This document shows, piece after piece, positions 56,282-64,000 of a stretch of 64,000 nt of DNA. The DNA is from Armatimonadota bacterium. GTDB taxonomy: Bacteria > Armatimonadota > SYMT01. Position numbers and translations under genes: made by a program. Where the stretch lies: assembly GCA_041690135.1 (NCBI GenBank), contig JAWLHY010000004.1, forward strand, positions 384,001 through 448,000, given 5' to 3'. The notes below the pieces were generated by a model. It did not search any database, was not told the origin of the DNA, and saw only the letters and a list, made by a program, of their open reading frames with translations. How positions within the stretch are numbered: position 1 is the first letter of the stretch; every line of letters starts with the position of its first letter.

Positions 56282-57391
56282 GTGGCCATTTACGACGAAT
56301 TGGGCGTGCGGCGGATCATCAATGCGAACGCGACGCTGACCCGCCTGGGCGGATCGATCCTGGCGCCGGGAGTGGCGGAAGCTATGGCGGAGGCGGGCAC
56401 GGCCTTCGTCTCCATGCCGGAGCTGCAGCGGGAGATCGGCAAGGAGATCGCGCAACTGACCCACAACGAGGCCTGCTTTGTCTCCTCCGGGGCGGCGGCG
56501 GGTCTGACCCTGGTGACCGCGGTCTGCATCGCCGGCCAGGACCCCGAACGCCGCGAGCGCCTGCCGTTCACCGAAGAGTTGAAGAACGAGGTGATCGTCC
56601 ATCGGCACACGCGGGTCGGCTACGACTTCGCTATCCGGATGGCGGGCGTGCGCCTGGTGGAGATCGGGAGCCCCGCCGGGACCACGCCGGAGGAGTTGGA
56701 GGCGGCCATCACGCCGCGGACCGCGGCCTTCTTCTGCTTTCCTCGCATCGAGCTGCAGCGCGGAGAGCTCCCGCTCGAAACGGCGGCCGAGATCTGCCAT
56801 GCGCGCGGCGTACCGGTGATCGTGGATGCCGCGGCCCAGTTGCCGCCCCGCAGCAATCTCTGGACGTTCACCCAGCGCGGCGCCGATGCCGCGATCTTCA
56901 GCGGCGGCAAGGGCCTCCGCGGACCCCAGTCCACGGGGCTCGTGCTCGGCAAGCAGTGGATCGTGGACGGCTGCGCCTTCCACGCCCCGCCGAACCCGTT
57001 CATCGGCCGGGGGATGAAGGTCGGCAAAGAAGAGCTATGCGGTCTCCTCGCCGCCGTCCGCTGGTACCTCGCCCACGACGAAGAAGCGGAAATCGCCTTT
57101 CAGGAACGCGCCGTGGCGGAAGTGGTCCACGCCTTCGAGGGTCACCCCCACGTTCGGGCGCGGCGCCTCTGGCCAGGCGAGGCCGGACAGCCGATGCCCC
57201 GGGCGGAGCTGGAGCTGGACGAAGCCGCCCTCGGTCGCAGCCGCGATCAGGTCCTGGAGCAGCTCCTCGCCGGCGACCCACCGGTCGACCTGGCCCCTGG
57301 AAATGGCCCCACCCTCTGGTTCAGCCCCCACACCCTCACCGAAGCGGAGGTCGGCATCGTCATCGACCGCCTGCAAGAGGCTCTGGGATAG
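56282..57391 (+). CDS. SelA-like PLP-dependent enzyme (DgaE/ammonia-lyase type)
   Basis: IINANATLTRLGGS, VDAAAQ, FSGGKGLRGPQSTG (PLP Lys), GRGMKVGKEE. Confidence 0.9.
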   Translation: MAIYDELGVRRIINANATLTRLGGSILAPGVAEAMAEAGTAFVSMPELQREIGKEIAQLTHNEACFVSSGAAAGLTLVTAVCIAGQDPERRERLPFTEELKNEVIVHRHTRVGYDFAIRMAGVRLVEIGSPAGTTPEELEAAITPRTAAFFCFPRIELQRGELPLETAAEICHARGVPVIVDAAAQLPPRSNLWTFTQRGADAAIFSGGKGLRGPQSTGLVLGKQWIVDGCAFHAPPNPFIGRGMKVGKEELCGLLAAVRWYLAHDEEAEIAFQERAVAEVVHAFEGHPHVRARRLWPGEAGQPMPRAELELDEAALGRSRDQVLEQLLAGDPPVDLAPGNGPTLWFSPHTLTEAEVGIVIDRLQEALG

Positions 57392-57525
57392 AAGCGGGGT
57401 TAGCGTAGTGGCTCGGGAGCCGCTACAGCGCCGGAAGCAACTCGCAGAACCCAGCCGAGGAGGAAGGGCTCCGTTCATACACACAGGGATTATGTGCCTG
57501 GAAATCGTCCTGGAAACGGTTCGGT

Positions 57526-57585
57526 GTAGGGCAGGCTCTCCGACGCCTGCCTGGTCGTGGTCCCGCACCCGTCGTACCGTGTGAG
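57526..57585 (+). repeat. GTAG/REP-like element (family A)
   Basis: gtagggcaggctctccgacgcctgcctggtcgtggtcccgcacccgtcgtaccgtgtgag. Confidence 0.6.
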
Positions 57586-57629
57586 TTCGCCTCTCCGACG
57601 GAATGCAAGCGTCCTGGTCGAATGAATCA

Positions 57630-58259
57630 CTAACTGCCGCGGCTTCGCAGCAATGCCTGTTCCAACCCGGCACGCGCCTCGGCGGATCGCGGAAACCGGC
57701 GCAGGAAGCACCGGAAGCTCTCCGCGGCCAGATCCGCGTGGCCCATCTGATGCAGCGAGTGGCCGAGAGACAGGTGGAGTTCGGAATTCTGAAACTCAGC
57801 GGATAGGGCCGCACGATAAGCGTTGACCGCTGCCTCGGAGGATCCCTGGCGGTTATAGGCACGCCCCAGGTAGTAATGGGCGTCACCCAGGTCGGCCCGC
57901 AGTTGCAGAGCGTGCCGCAAGGACTCTATCGCCTCCCCGATTTCCCCCAAGCCTAAAGCCGTCCTACCGATACCCAGATAAGTCTCCGCGGAGTTCGAAC
58001 CGAGGTCCAAAGCCTTCCGGTAGGTGTTATGGGCCTTGAAATTCAGGTCCAGCGCCAGGTCGTGGAAACCAGCGAGCGAGTCCGCCTCGCGCTCGAAAGC
58101 CTCTGCAAGTCGTAGTTGGAAGGCGGCATTCCGGGGAGCCAGGCTTACGGCTAACTGCCAGGCAGGCACAGGCGCCAATATCGCGAACCCGAACCAGGGC
58201 AGCGTGATCACCCCGATGAGGAGGACCAGCCACTTTCCCTGTCGGACTACGGAACGCAT
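57630..58259 (-). CDS. Membrane-anchored TPR protein
   Basis: AETYLGIG, DAHYYLGRAY and LHLSLG TPR units. Confidence 0.85.
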   Translation of the reverse strand: MRSVVRQGKWLVLLIGVITLPWFGFAILAPVPAWQLAVSLAPRNAAFQLRLAEAFEREADSLAGFHDLALDLNFKAHNTYRKALDLGSNSAETYLGIGRTALGLGEIGEAIESLRHALQLRADLGDAHYYLGRAYNRQGSSEAAVNAYRAALSAEFQNSELHLSLGHSLHQMGHADLAAESFRCFLRRFPRSAEARAGLEQALLRSRGS

Positions 58260-58700
58260 TGGGAGACATCCCCAGGTAAGCGAGCGACCTTGTCGTAGCA
58301 ACGGGCAAGCCGCGCCAGAGTGCTGTGTCGATGTTACCTAGATTGGCACCGAGAATCCATTATGGGTATCTACCCCCAGCTTCGCGGAGGCCAGCCTTGC
58401 GGCGTGGACTCCGTCATGGACCAGAGACGCCGTCCGATAGGGCAGTTGGCTGATACCAGTCCCTGAGGATGGCGAGCCCGCTACGGAAGAGGCTTCTGCC
58501 CCTGTAATCTCCGCCTCGTAATTGGCAGCGGGCTCCCCTCTCCCGCAGCGTGTGGGAGAGGTTTACGCCCCGAGGGGGTGGAGCAGGGGTGAGGGCTTCC
58601 TGGGCACCGTACCCGCTAAAGTTAACGCACATGGGGCGGGTAAGGGGGTGAGGGCACCCTGGGCACAGTACGTGCCACGGTCGCCGCACACCCCCATTCT

Positions 58701-58781
58701 CATTCGCCCAATTCGCGGATCGCTCGGACAACTGGCGGGCGAGACGCCCGCGCTCCTTGTCATTCGCCCAATTCGCGGATC
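58701..58781. repeat. 60-bp-period repeat with REP hairpin, related to 63642-63779
   Basis: cattcgcccaattcgcggatc x2 flanking gcgggcgagacgcccgc. Confidence 0.8.
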
Positions 58782-58793
58782 ACCACTTCACCG

Positions 58794-60761
58794 CTACTCG
58801 GTGATGGTCAGCGTCAGCGCCGGGGCCGTCTGGATGTTGTTGTTCAGGTTGCCCGTGATGATCACGTTCTGGGTCACCACCGGGGCGTTGGCCGCCACCG
58901 TCAGCTTGAGCACCGCCTCGTTCTGGTTCGCCGCGATCGGCTGCGGGGCGGGAGTGACGTTCGCAGGCAGGTTGGTGGGGTTCGGAATGGCGATCTGCGC
59001 CGTCTGGCCCATCTGGCGGATCGCCTTGATCTTGATGTCCACCGCCTGGCCGCGCTTCACGGTGATCGCCTTCGGCTCGATCTCCAGCGCATAAGGCTGG
59101 GCCGGCATCACGGTGGCCACGTTGAACTCCGTCTTGCGGGTCGCCGTCTGGTTGTTCTGGGCAAGCGGCGGAGTGTAGATCTCCACCGGCTCGGCCACCC
59201 GCTCTACCGGCTGGTTGTTGATGGGGGCGGTCCCGACGATCTTGATCTGGTTCATGGCCCCCGGCGCGGCGCCGGCCGCGGCGGTGAGGGTGAACTGGGT
59301 GGCGTTCTGCCCCGCGGGGATGAACGCGGGGCTGGCGGTGAGACCCGCCGGCAGGTTGTCGATCCGGAGCTGGATGGCGCCCGCGAAGCCGGCCTGGCGG
59401 GTCACGTTAACCGTAACCGCCGTCGAACCCGACTGGCCCACGTTGATGGCGTCCGGGGTCACGGTGAGGGCGAAGTCCTGTCCCCCCGGAGGGCGGATCT
59501 CCAGGCGGTAGAACACGTCTCCACCCGCGCGCGTCTCCAGGTTGCGAACCTCCACCAGGTACTCTTTGCCGGCTTCGACGTTGAACGCGAGGCGGCTGTC
59601 CTTCCCGATCGCGTCGTCGTTCGCCTGGATCTCCTTGCCGGTGGGGTCCAGGATCCGCAAGAAAGAATCGATCCGCGAGCCCAGGCGGCGGCCCAGCAGG
59701 TCGAACTGGAGGGTACCGGCGGCCGCGGGCTTGATCTTGAACAGGTCGGCATCGGTCGGTTTGTCGATCCGCCCGTTCAGCACCGCGATTCCGGAGCCGG
59801 GGACCACCGTCGCCTGCGCCGGAGCATCGTTGGGCTCGGTTTCCACCACTTCATCCAGATCGCTGGGAGTAAGGACGATGGGGTTGACCGCCATCCCCGC
59901 CGGGGTGGCGGCCGGCACGGCCACGCTGTCGCCCGCCGGAGGAATCTGCACGGCCATCGTCTTCATACCGCCCAGGTTCACGCCCTCCAGGGCCACGTCC
60001 ACCTTCTGGCCCCGCTTGCCGCCCACCGGAAGGTAGCCGGTGACTGCGGGAATCTTGCCGGCCGTCAGCTTATATACGAAGTTGCCGCCGCCCCGGAACA
60101 TGGTGTCCCGGACGTGGATCGCGTAGGTACCGGACTGCTTGAACGTGTAGATCAGGCGCGGATCACGGTCGAAGCCCTCAACCACGGTCTGGAGCGTCTT
60201 GCCGCGAGCGTCCGTTAGGGAGAGGTAGCCGTCCAGCGCCGAAGACATCTGGTAGGCGACCAGGTCGAACACGTACGTGTCGCCGGCCGTCGCCTGGAAC
60301 GTGAAAATGTCGAGGTCTTCTCCCCCGTTCACCTGTCCGTTGATCGTCAGCGGCAGCTTCTCGAGCTTCTGGGGGGTACCCACGACGTTGTTCGGCTCAA
60401 CCTCGTTGACCTCCGGGTAAGCGCCCACCCAGAGGCGCCCGGCGTTGGAAGTACCGCGAGGTGTGACGACGCGCACTTCCCGCACTCCCGGCACGGCGTT
60501 GGGTGCGATATTCAAGTTGATGGCGAGCGCCCCCGCGTTGGCGGCGTCCTTGATCTGGGCCTGGACCCCTTCTCCGGAGACCAGCACGCCGGTCGCTCCC
60601 TGGAGATTGCTGCCGCCCACGGTGACCGTCGGAGTGGTACCGGCCTGCCCGCCGGCAGGGAAAACGAAGCTGACACCGGGCACCTGGGCCGCCACCGGGC
60701 CGCAAGCCCCCACTGCGGCAGCCAGGCCTAGAGAAGCGGGTAAGTTTCTCAACCGAGACAT
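58794..60761 (-). CDS. Secreted pre-peptidase C-terminal (PPC) domain protein
   Basis: VFPAGGQAG, EVEPNN, ETEPND, D.DIFTF, DSFLRILD...NDD motifs. Confidence 0.88.
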   Translation of the reverse strand: MSRLRNLPASLGLAAAVGACGPVAAQVPGVSFVFPAGGQAGTTPTVTVGGSNLQGATGVLVSGEGVQAQIKDAANAGALAINLNIAPNAVPGVREVRVVTPRGTSNAGRLWVGAYPEVNEVEPNNVVGTPQKLEKLPLTINGQVNGGEDLDIFTFQATAGDTYVFDLVAYQMSSALDGYLSLTDARGKTLQTVVEGFDRDPRLIYTFKQSGTYAIHVRDTMFRGGGNFVYKLTAGKIPAVTGYLPVGGKRGQKVDVALEGVNLGGMKTMAVQIPPAGDSVAVPAATPAGMAVNPIVLTPSDLDEVVETEPNDAPAQATVVPGSGIAVLNGRIDKPTDADLFKIKPAAAGTLQFDLLGRRLGSRIDSFLRILDPTGKEIQANDDAIGKDSRLAFNVEAGKEYLVEVRNLETRAGGDVFYRLEIRPPGGQDFALTVTPDAINVGQSGSTAVTVNVTRQAGFAGAIQLRIDNLPAGLTASPAFIPAGQNATQFTLTAAAGAAPGAMNQIKIVGTAPINNQPVERVAEPVEIYTPPLAQNNQTATRKTEFNVATVMPAQPYALEIEPKAITVKRGQAVDIKIKAIRQMGQTAQIAIPNPTNLPANVTPAPQPIAANQNEAVLKLTVAANAPVVTQNVIITGNLNNNIQTAPALTLTITE

Positions 60762-61198
60762 AGCGGAACTCCAGTAAAGGCCCGGGCGAACGTCGGGCGG
60801 TCTAAAGAACAAGACGGGGCCAGCAGCCCCGAATGCCAACTTTTGCAGAAATATCGACTGCGCAGCCTCGCGGACCTTTGGGTCCGGGAGGCCGGGTTTG
60901 TGTACGGGACCGGCGATTATCGGATCGCGGGAAGAGGCCGTTTGTTTCATGCGAAACCGCTACAGGATTCCAACTGGGAATAGGGGCCGGAAACTCGGCA
61001 GATCCGGCGCCGATCCCGCATGACGCGGGTCAGGCGCGGGGTCCCGGAAACCAGCGCGGCATGAAAGGAGATGGAGGAACCGGAAGCGAGGGACGTCGAA
61101 GCAGGCTAGTGAGAACTCGTGACGGAACGCAATTCCCCTTCCTGTTCGCCACCGCTGGAGGCAGTTTCCTGCTGCCCCGATCGGACCTGCTAAGCGCG

Positions 61199-61996
61199 AT
61201 GAACTACGAAATCATTCCGGGCAAAGTCGCCCTCGTTACCGGCAGTACCCGCGGCCTGGGCCGCGCCATCGCTTACCGCCTCGCCACCGGCGGAGCGGAC
61301 ATCGTTCTGCACGACCTGGACCCCGCCCAGGCCGGTCGCTTCGGTGAGTCCGCGGGTCCCGAAGAAGTGATGGCGGAGATCGAATCGCTGGGCCGCCGCT
61401 GCATCATCGCCTTCGGTGATCTGACCTCGCGAGCGGCCGCCGACCAGATCGCGCAGCAGGCCCTCGAGCGCCTCGGCCGGATCGACGTGCTGGTGAACTG
61501 TGCCGGCGGCGACATCGGTGCTTCCGGTAACAAACCGGTTCCGAATGACTGCGTGGATATCCCGGACGAGGACATCCGCGTGCTGCTCGACCGCAATCTC
61601 GTTTCCGTGATGAACATGAGCCGCGCCGTGGCGCACTCCATGATGGACCGCGGCGAAGGCAGCATCATCAACATCGCCAGCAGTGCCGGCATGATGCCGT
61701 GCGACCACGGCAGCATTTACGCCGTCGCCAAGGCCGGGGTGATCCACTGGACCAAATGCCTGGCCGCTCAACTGCGCCCCCACGGCGTCACGGTGAATTC
61801 AATCAGCCCCGGACCCACCAAGTCCGCGCGCTTCCTCGCCACCCGTCACGTCGACCCGAACGACCTCACCAACGAAGGACGCCTCACCCGTCTGGGCGAA
61901 CCGGACGACATCGCTAAAGCCTGCCTCTTCTTCGCCAGCGACCTGGCAGCCTACGTTACGGGACAGAACATCGAGGTTAGCGGCAACTGCCGGTAA
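61199..61996 (+). CDS. Short-chain dehydrogenase/reductase
   Basis: TGSTRGLG, NCAG, YAVAK, NSISPG. Confidence 0.95.
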   Translation: MNYEIIPGKVALVTGSTRGLGRAIAYRLATGGADIVLHDLDPAQAGRFGESAGPEEVMAEIESLGRRCIIAFGDLTSRAAADQIAQQALERLGRIDVLVNCAGGDIGASGNKPVPNDCVDIPDEDIRVLLDRNLVSVMNMSRAVAHSMMDRGEGSIINIASSAGMMPCDHGSIYAVAKAGVIHWTKCLAAQLRPHGVTVNSISPGPTKSARFLATRHVDPNDLTNEGRLTRLGEPDDIAKACLFFASDLAAYVTGQNIEVSGNCR

Positions 61997-62078
61997 CATG
62001 GTTATCCGCTGCCGGTCACAGCCACCTGGGGGAACGGGAGTGTGGGGGTGTGGGGGTAGGGGTGGGATGTGCGGGAGA

Positions 62079-62618
62079 ATGGGAGCGCCGCTGACCCGAT
62101 ACCTCTTCCTGTTCACCTTCGCTATGTGGATCACGGTGCTCCCAGCCGGGGCGGTGATTACGCGCCTCTACCCGCTGGCGGACGTGATTGCCGGCGCGGA
62201 CACCATCGTGGTGGCCCGAATAACGACGCGTGATACCCGGCAACAAACAGCCGGCCTCAAGGTAACGGAGGCGCTGAAGGGGAAGCCTGCGGGCGCCACA
62301 TTCCGGGTCCGCCTCGCGGGCGCCAACGATAAAACGCAGGCGCCCGTTCTCCTTCAGCGCCTCAAACCCGGCCGCACGGTGATCCTGTTCGGCAAGGCCC
62401 GAAAGTTCACCCTGGGCTACGTCGAAGGAACGTGGTTCCGGCTGGCGGAACCGACCGGACCCGCCCAACCCTGGCAGTTCGTGCACCTGGAGGTCTATCT
62501 CCGCCGGACTTTCCGCGGTGCCGGCGCCGAGCTGCAGCGGACCGTGGTCGGGGTGCTGAACGGTAAGATGAAGGCGCCCGCACCGGATGCCAGTGTTAAA
62601 CCGGGTTACGGCAACTGA
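62079..62618 (+). CDS. Secreted hypothetical protein
   Basis: Signal peptide, AVITRLYPL...HLEVYLRRTF.G. Confidence 0.75.
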   Translation: MGAPLTRYLFLFTFAMWITVLPAGAVITRLYPLADVIAGADTIVVARITTRDTRQQTAGLKVTEALKGKPAGATFRVRLAGANDKTQAPVLLQRLKPGRTVILFGKARKFTLGYVEGTWFRLAEPTGPAQPWQFVHLEVYLRRTFRGAGAELQRTVVGVLNGKMKAPAPDASVKPGYGN

Positions 62619-62658
62619 TACCCCGCCCCACCGGATTTGGAAAAGAAAGGGAAACTGG

Positions 62659-63039
62659 ATGGAACAGCGATTGGAAGAGCTCGAACGCCGCCTGACCGTT
62701 GCGGAGCAGCGGACCGCACAGGCCGAACGGCAGGTCAGGTCCCTACGGCTGGCCGGCCTGGCCCTACTGGCGACGGGGGGCGCCCTGCTCGCCGCGCGCC
62801 CGGGACTGACCCAGGCGAAGAGCAAACCGATCAAGGTCACCAAGGTCACCGCCCCGTTCCAGGTGGTGGACGCCAGCGGTAGGCTGATGATGCTGGTGGA
62901 GTCCGGCCGCCCGGGCACTTCGCTGCAACTCTTCGACTCCGCCGGGCGGCCCGTGGTGGTGCTCGGCAACGGAGAGAAGGGGGGAGGCAAGGTGAGCGTC
63001 AGCGACCGGACCGGTAAAGTGGTCTTCACCAAACCCTGA
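62659..63039 (+). CDS. Hypothetical single-TM protein
   Basis: MEQRLEELERRL coiled coil, TM segment, APFQVVDASGR. Confidence 0.8.
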   Translation: MEQRLEELERRLTVAEQRTAQAERQVRSLRLAGLALLATGGALLAARPGLTQAKSKPIKVTKVTAPFQVVDASGRLMMLVESGRPGTSLQLFDSAGRPVVVLGNGEKGGGKVSVSDRTGKVVFTKP

Positions 63040-63183
63040 ACCGCAGAAGCATTTCCCACCTCGACCGCAATAGAACACGGAAGCAGGCGGAGAGGGTGCA
63101 ATTCTCCGCCTTTCTTTACCCTTTTTTCCGCGCCATTCCGCGTTTTCCGCGGGCATAACCGGTTCCCTACTCCGCCGACCTGG

Positions 63184-63567
63184 TCAGCGCCCTTCGACGG
63201 CGTGCCGCGCCATCTCCGGCACCTCCTCGATATCGGCGTTGGGGTCCCCAAACATCTCGTACTCGTAGTCCACGGTGATGCGAGTCCGCCCCGTCCCGGC
63301 CGGCTCGAAACGCGCCTGACCGCTGTTCGGCAATCCGGAGACGCTCCGCCAAGCGATCGTGTGGTCGCGCTCCCGGACGGAGATGTCGGCGATCCAGTCG
63401 AAGCGCTGTCCGTTCACCTCGGTCACGAACTCCGCCGCTTCATCGCTGAGACGGCGGGCTTCCTTCAACTCCGGCGCCCACTGCTTCAAGTTCTCCAGGT
63501 CCGCCCACTGGCGAAAGACAAAATCGACCGGGCCGTCGACCTCAAAACTCTTACTGTCCCTTGGCAT
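63184..63567 (-). CDS. SRPBCC/polyketide cyclase-like protein
   Basis: VFRQWADLEN...W.ADI...IAWRSVSG..NSG..RF; AGGAGG RBS. Confidence 0.88.
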   Translation of the reverse strand: MPRDSKSFEVDGPVDFVFRQWADLENLKQWAPELKEARRLSDEAAEFVTEVNGQRFDWIADISVRERDHTIAWRSVSGLPNSGQARFEPAGTGRTRITVDYEYEMFGDPNADIEEVPEMARHAVEGR

Positions 63568-63572
63568 ATTCC

Positions 63573-63605
63573 CTCCTGTGGGGTGCATTCCGCACCCCAC
63601 AGGAG
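63573..63605 (-). promoter_or_regulatory. Perfect 14-bp stem-loop overlapping the SRPBCC Shine-Dalgarno sequence
   Basis: mRNA CUCCUGUGGGGUGC-GGAAU-GCACCCCACAGGAG-GGAAU-AUG. Confidence 0.65.
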
Positions 63606-63641
63606 CTTTACCCGGGCGGGTGGCGCATCAATCGGAAGGAA

Positions 63642-63779
63642 AAGTGATCCGCGAATGAGACGAACAGGAATGAGCGCGGGAGTCTCGCCCGCCGGATGAC
63701 GAAGTGATCCGCGAATGAGACGAACAGGAATGAGCGCGGGAGTCTCGCCCGCCGGATGACGAAGTGATCCGCGAATGAG
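63642..63779. repeat. Perfect 60-bp tandem repeat (2.3 copies)
   Basis: aagtgatccgcgaatgagacgaacaggaatgagcgcgggagtctcgcccgccggatgacg. Confidence 0.95.
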
Positions 63780-64000
63780 GCGAATGAGGCGAATGAAGCG
63801 AAGGGGTAAGGCGTCCGGGCCGGCAGGCATTCAGGCGGTCAGCCATTCAGGCCGTCAGGCATTCGGGCATCCGGACAGTCAGGCATTGCCCACGGCAGTC
63901 ATGGCGAGGAGCGAGAGACCAGAAGTAACTTCCCCAAACCCGATGAGCCCCATGTCGAAGCATCTAGCTCACCGAACCCGATCCCGTAAGCGACGTGGCC

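Noticed and set aside
56282-57391. selA call and a link to the in-frame TGA at 24755
   Set aside because: The protein is short and of the SelA-like/DgaE type, no selB/selC/selD is present, and the TGA does not align with Cys
63642-63779. Possible CRISPR array
   Set aside because: The would-be spacers are identical, there are only 2.3 units, and no cas genes are present

Overview
GC-rich bacterial chromosomal segment. The gene content suggests Armatimonadota or a planctomycete-like organism (inference): five type-IV-prepilin/DUF1559-like genes, a DUF4058 gene and a PPC-domain gene. There is no rRNA, tRNA, CRISPR array, transposase, integrase or prophage structural cluster. Recognisable housekeeping genes are uvrB (5' part), yjbQ and surE. 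Other assignable products include a zinc ADH, a P450, GT2, sugar-transferase and methyltransferase genes, an SDR and a SelA-like PLP enzyme. Highlights: (1) a 13.7-kb array of four secreted paralogues sharing one beta-helix domain but with different N-terminal modules (phage-fibre-like glycan-binding domains and FN3 repeats), two of them apparently identical over about 755 bp; (2) two tandem clusters of pilin-like genes, one with a Cys-paired C-terminal tail and an in-frame TGA in one copy; (3) a leaderless MerR operon with a perfect 22-bp operator and a His-rich beta-propeller; (4) a P450 fused to an unrelated Trp/Pro-rich domain; (5) two M48-like proteins lacking HExxH; (6) many GTAG/REP-like elements and short tandem repeats that truncate, extend or link genes. 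Family assignments come from motif recognition by eye; no database searches were run.
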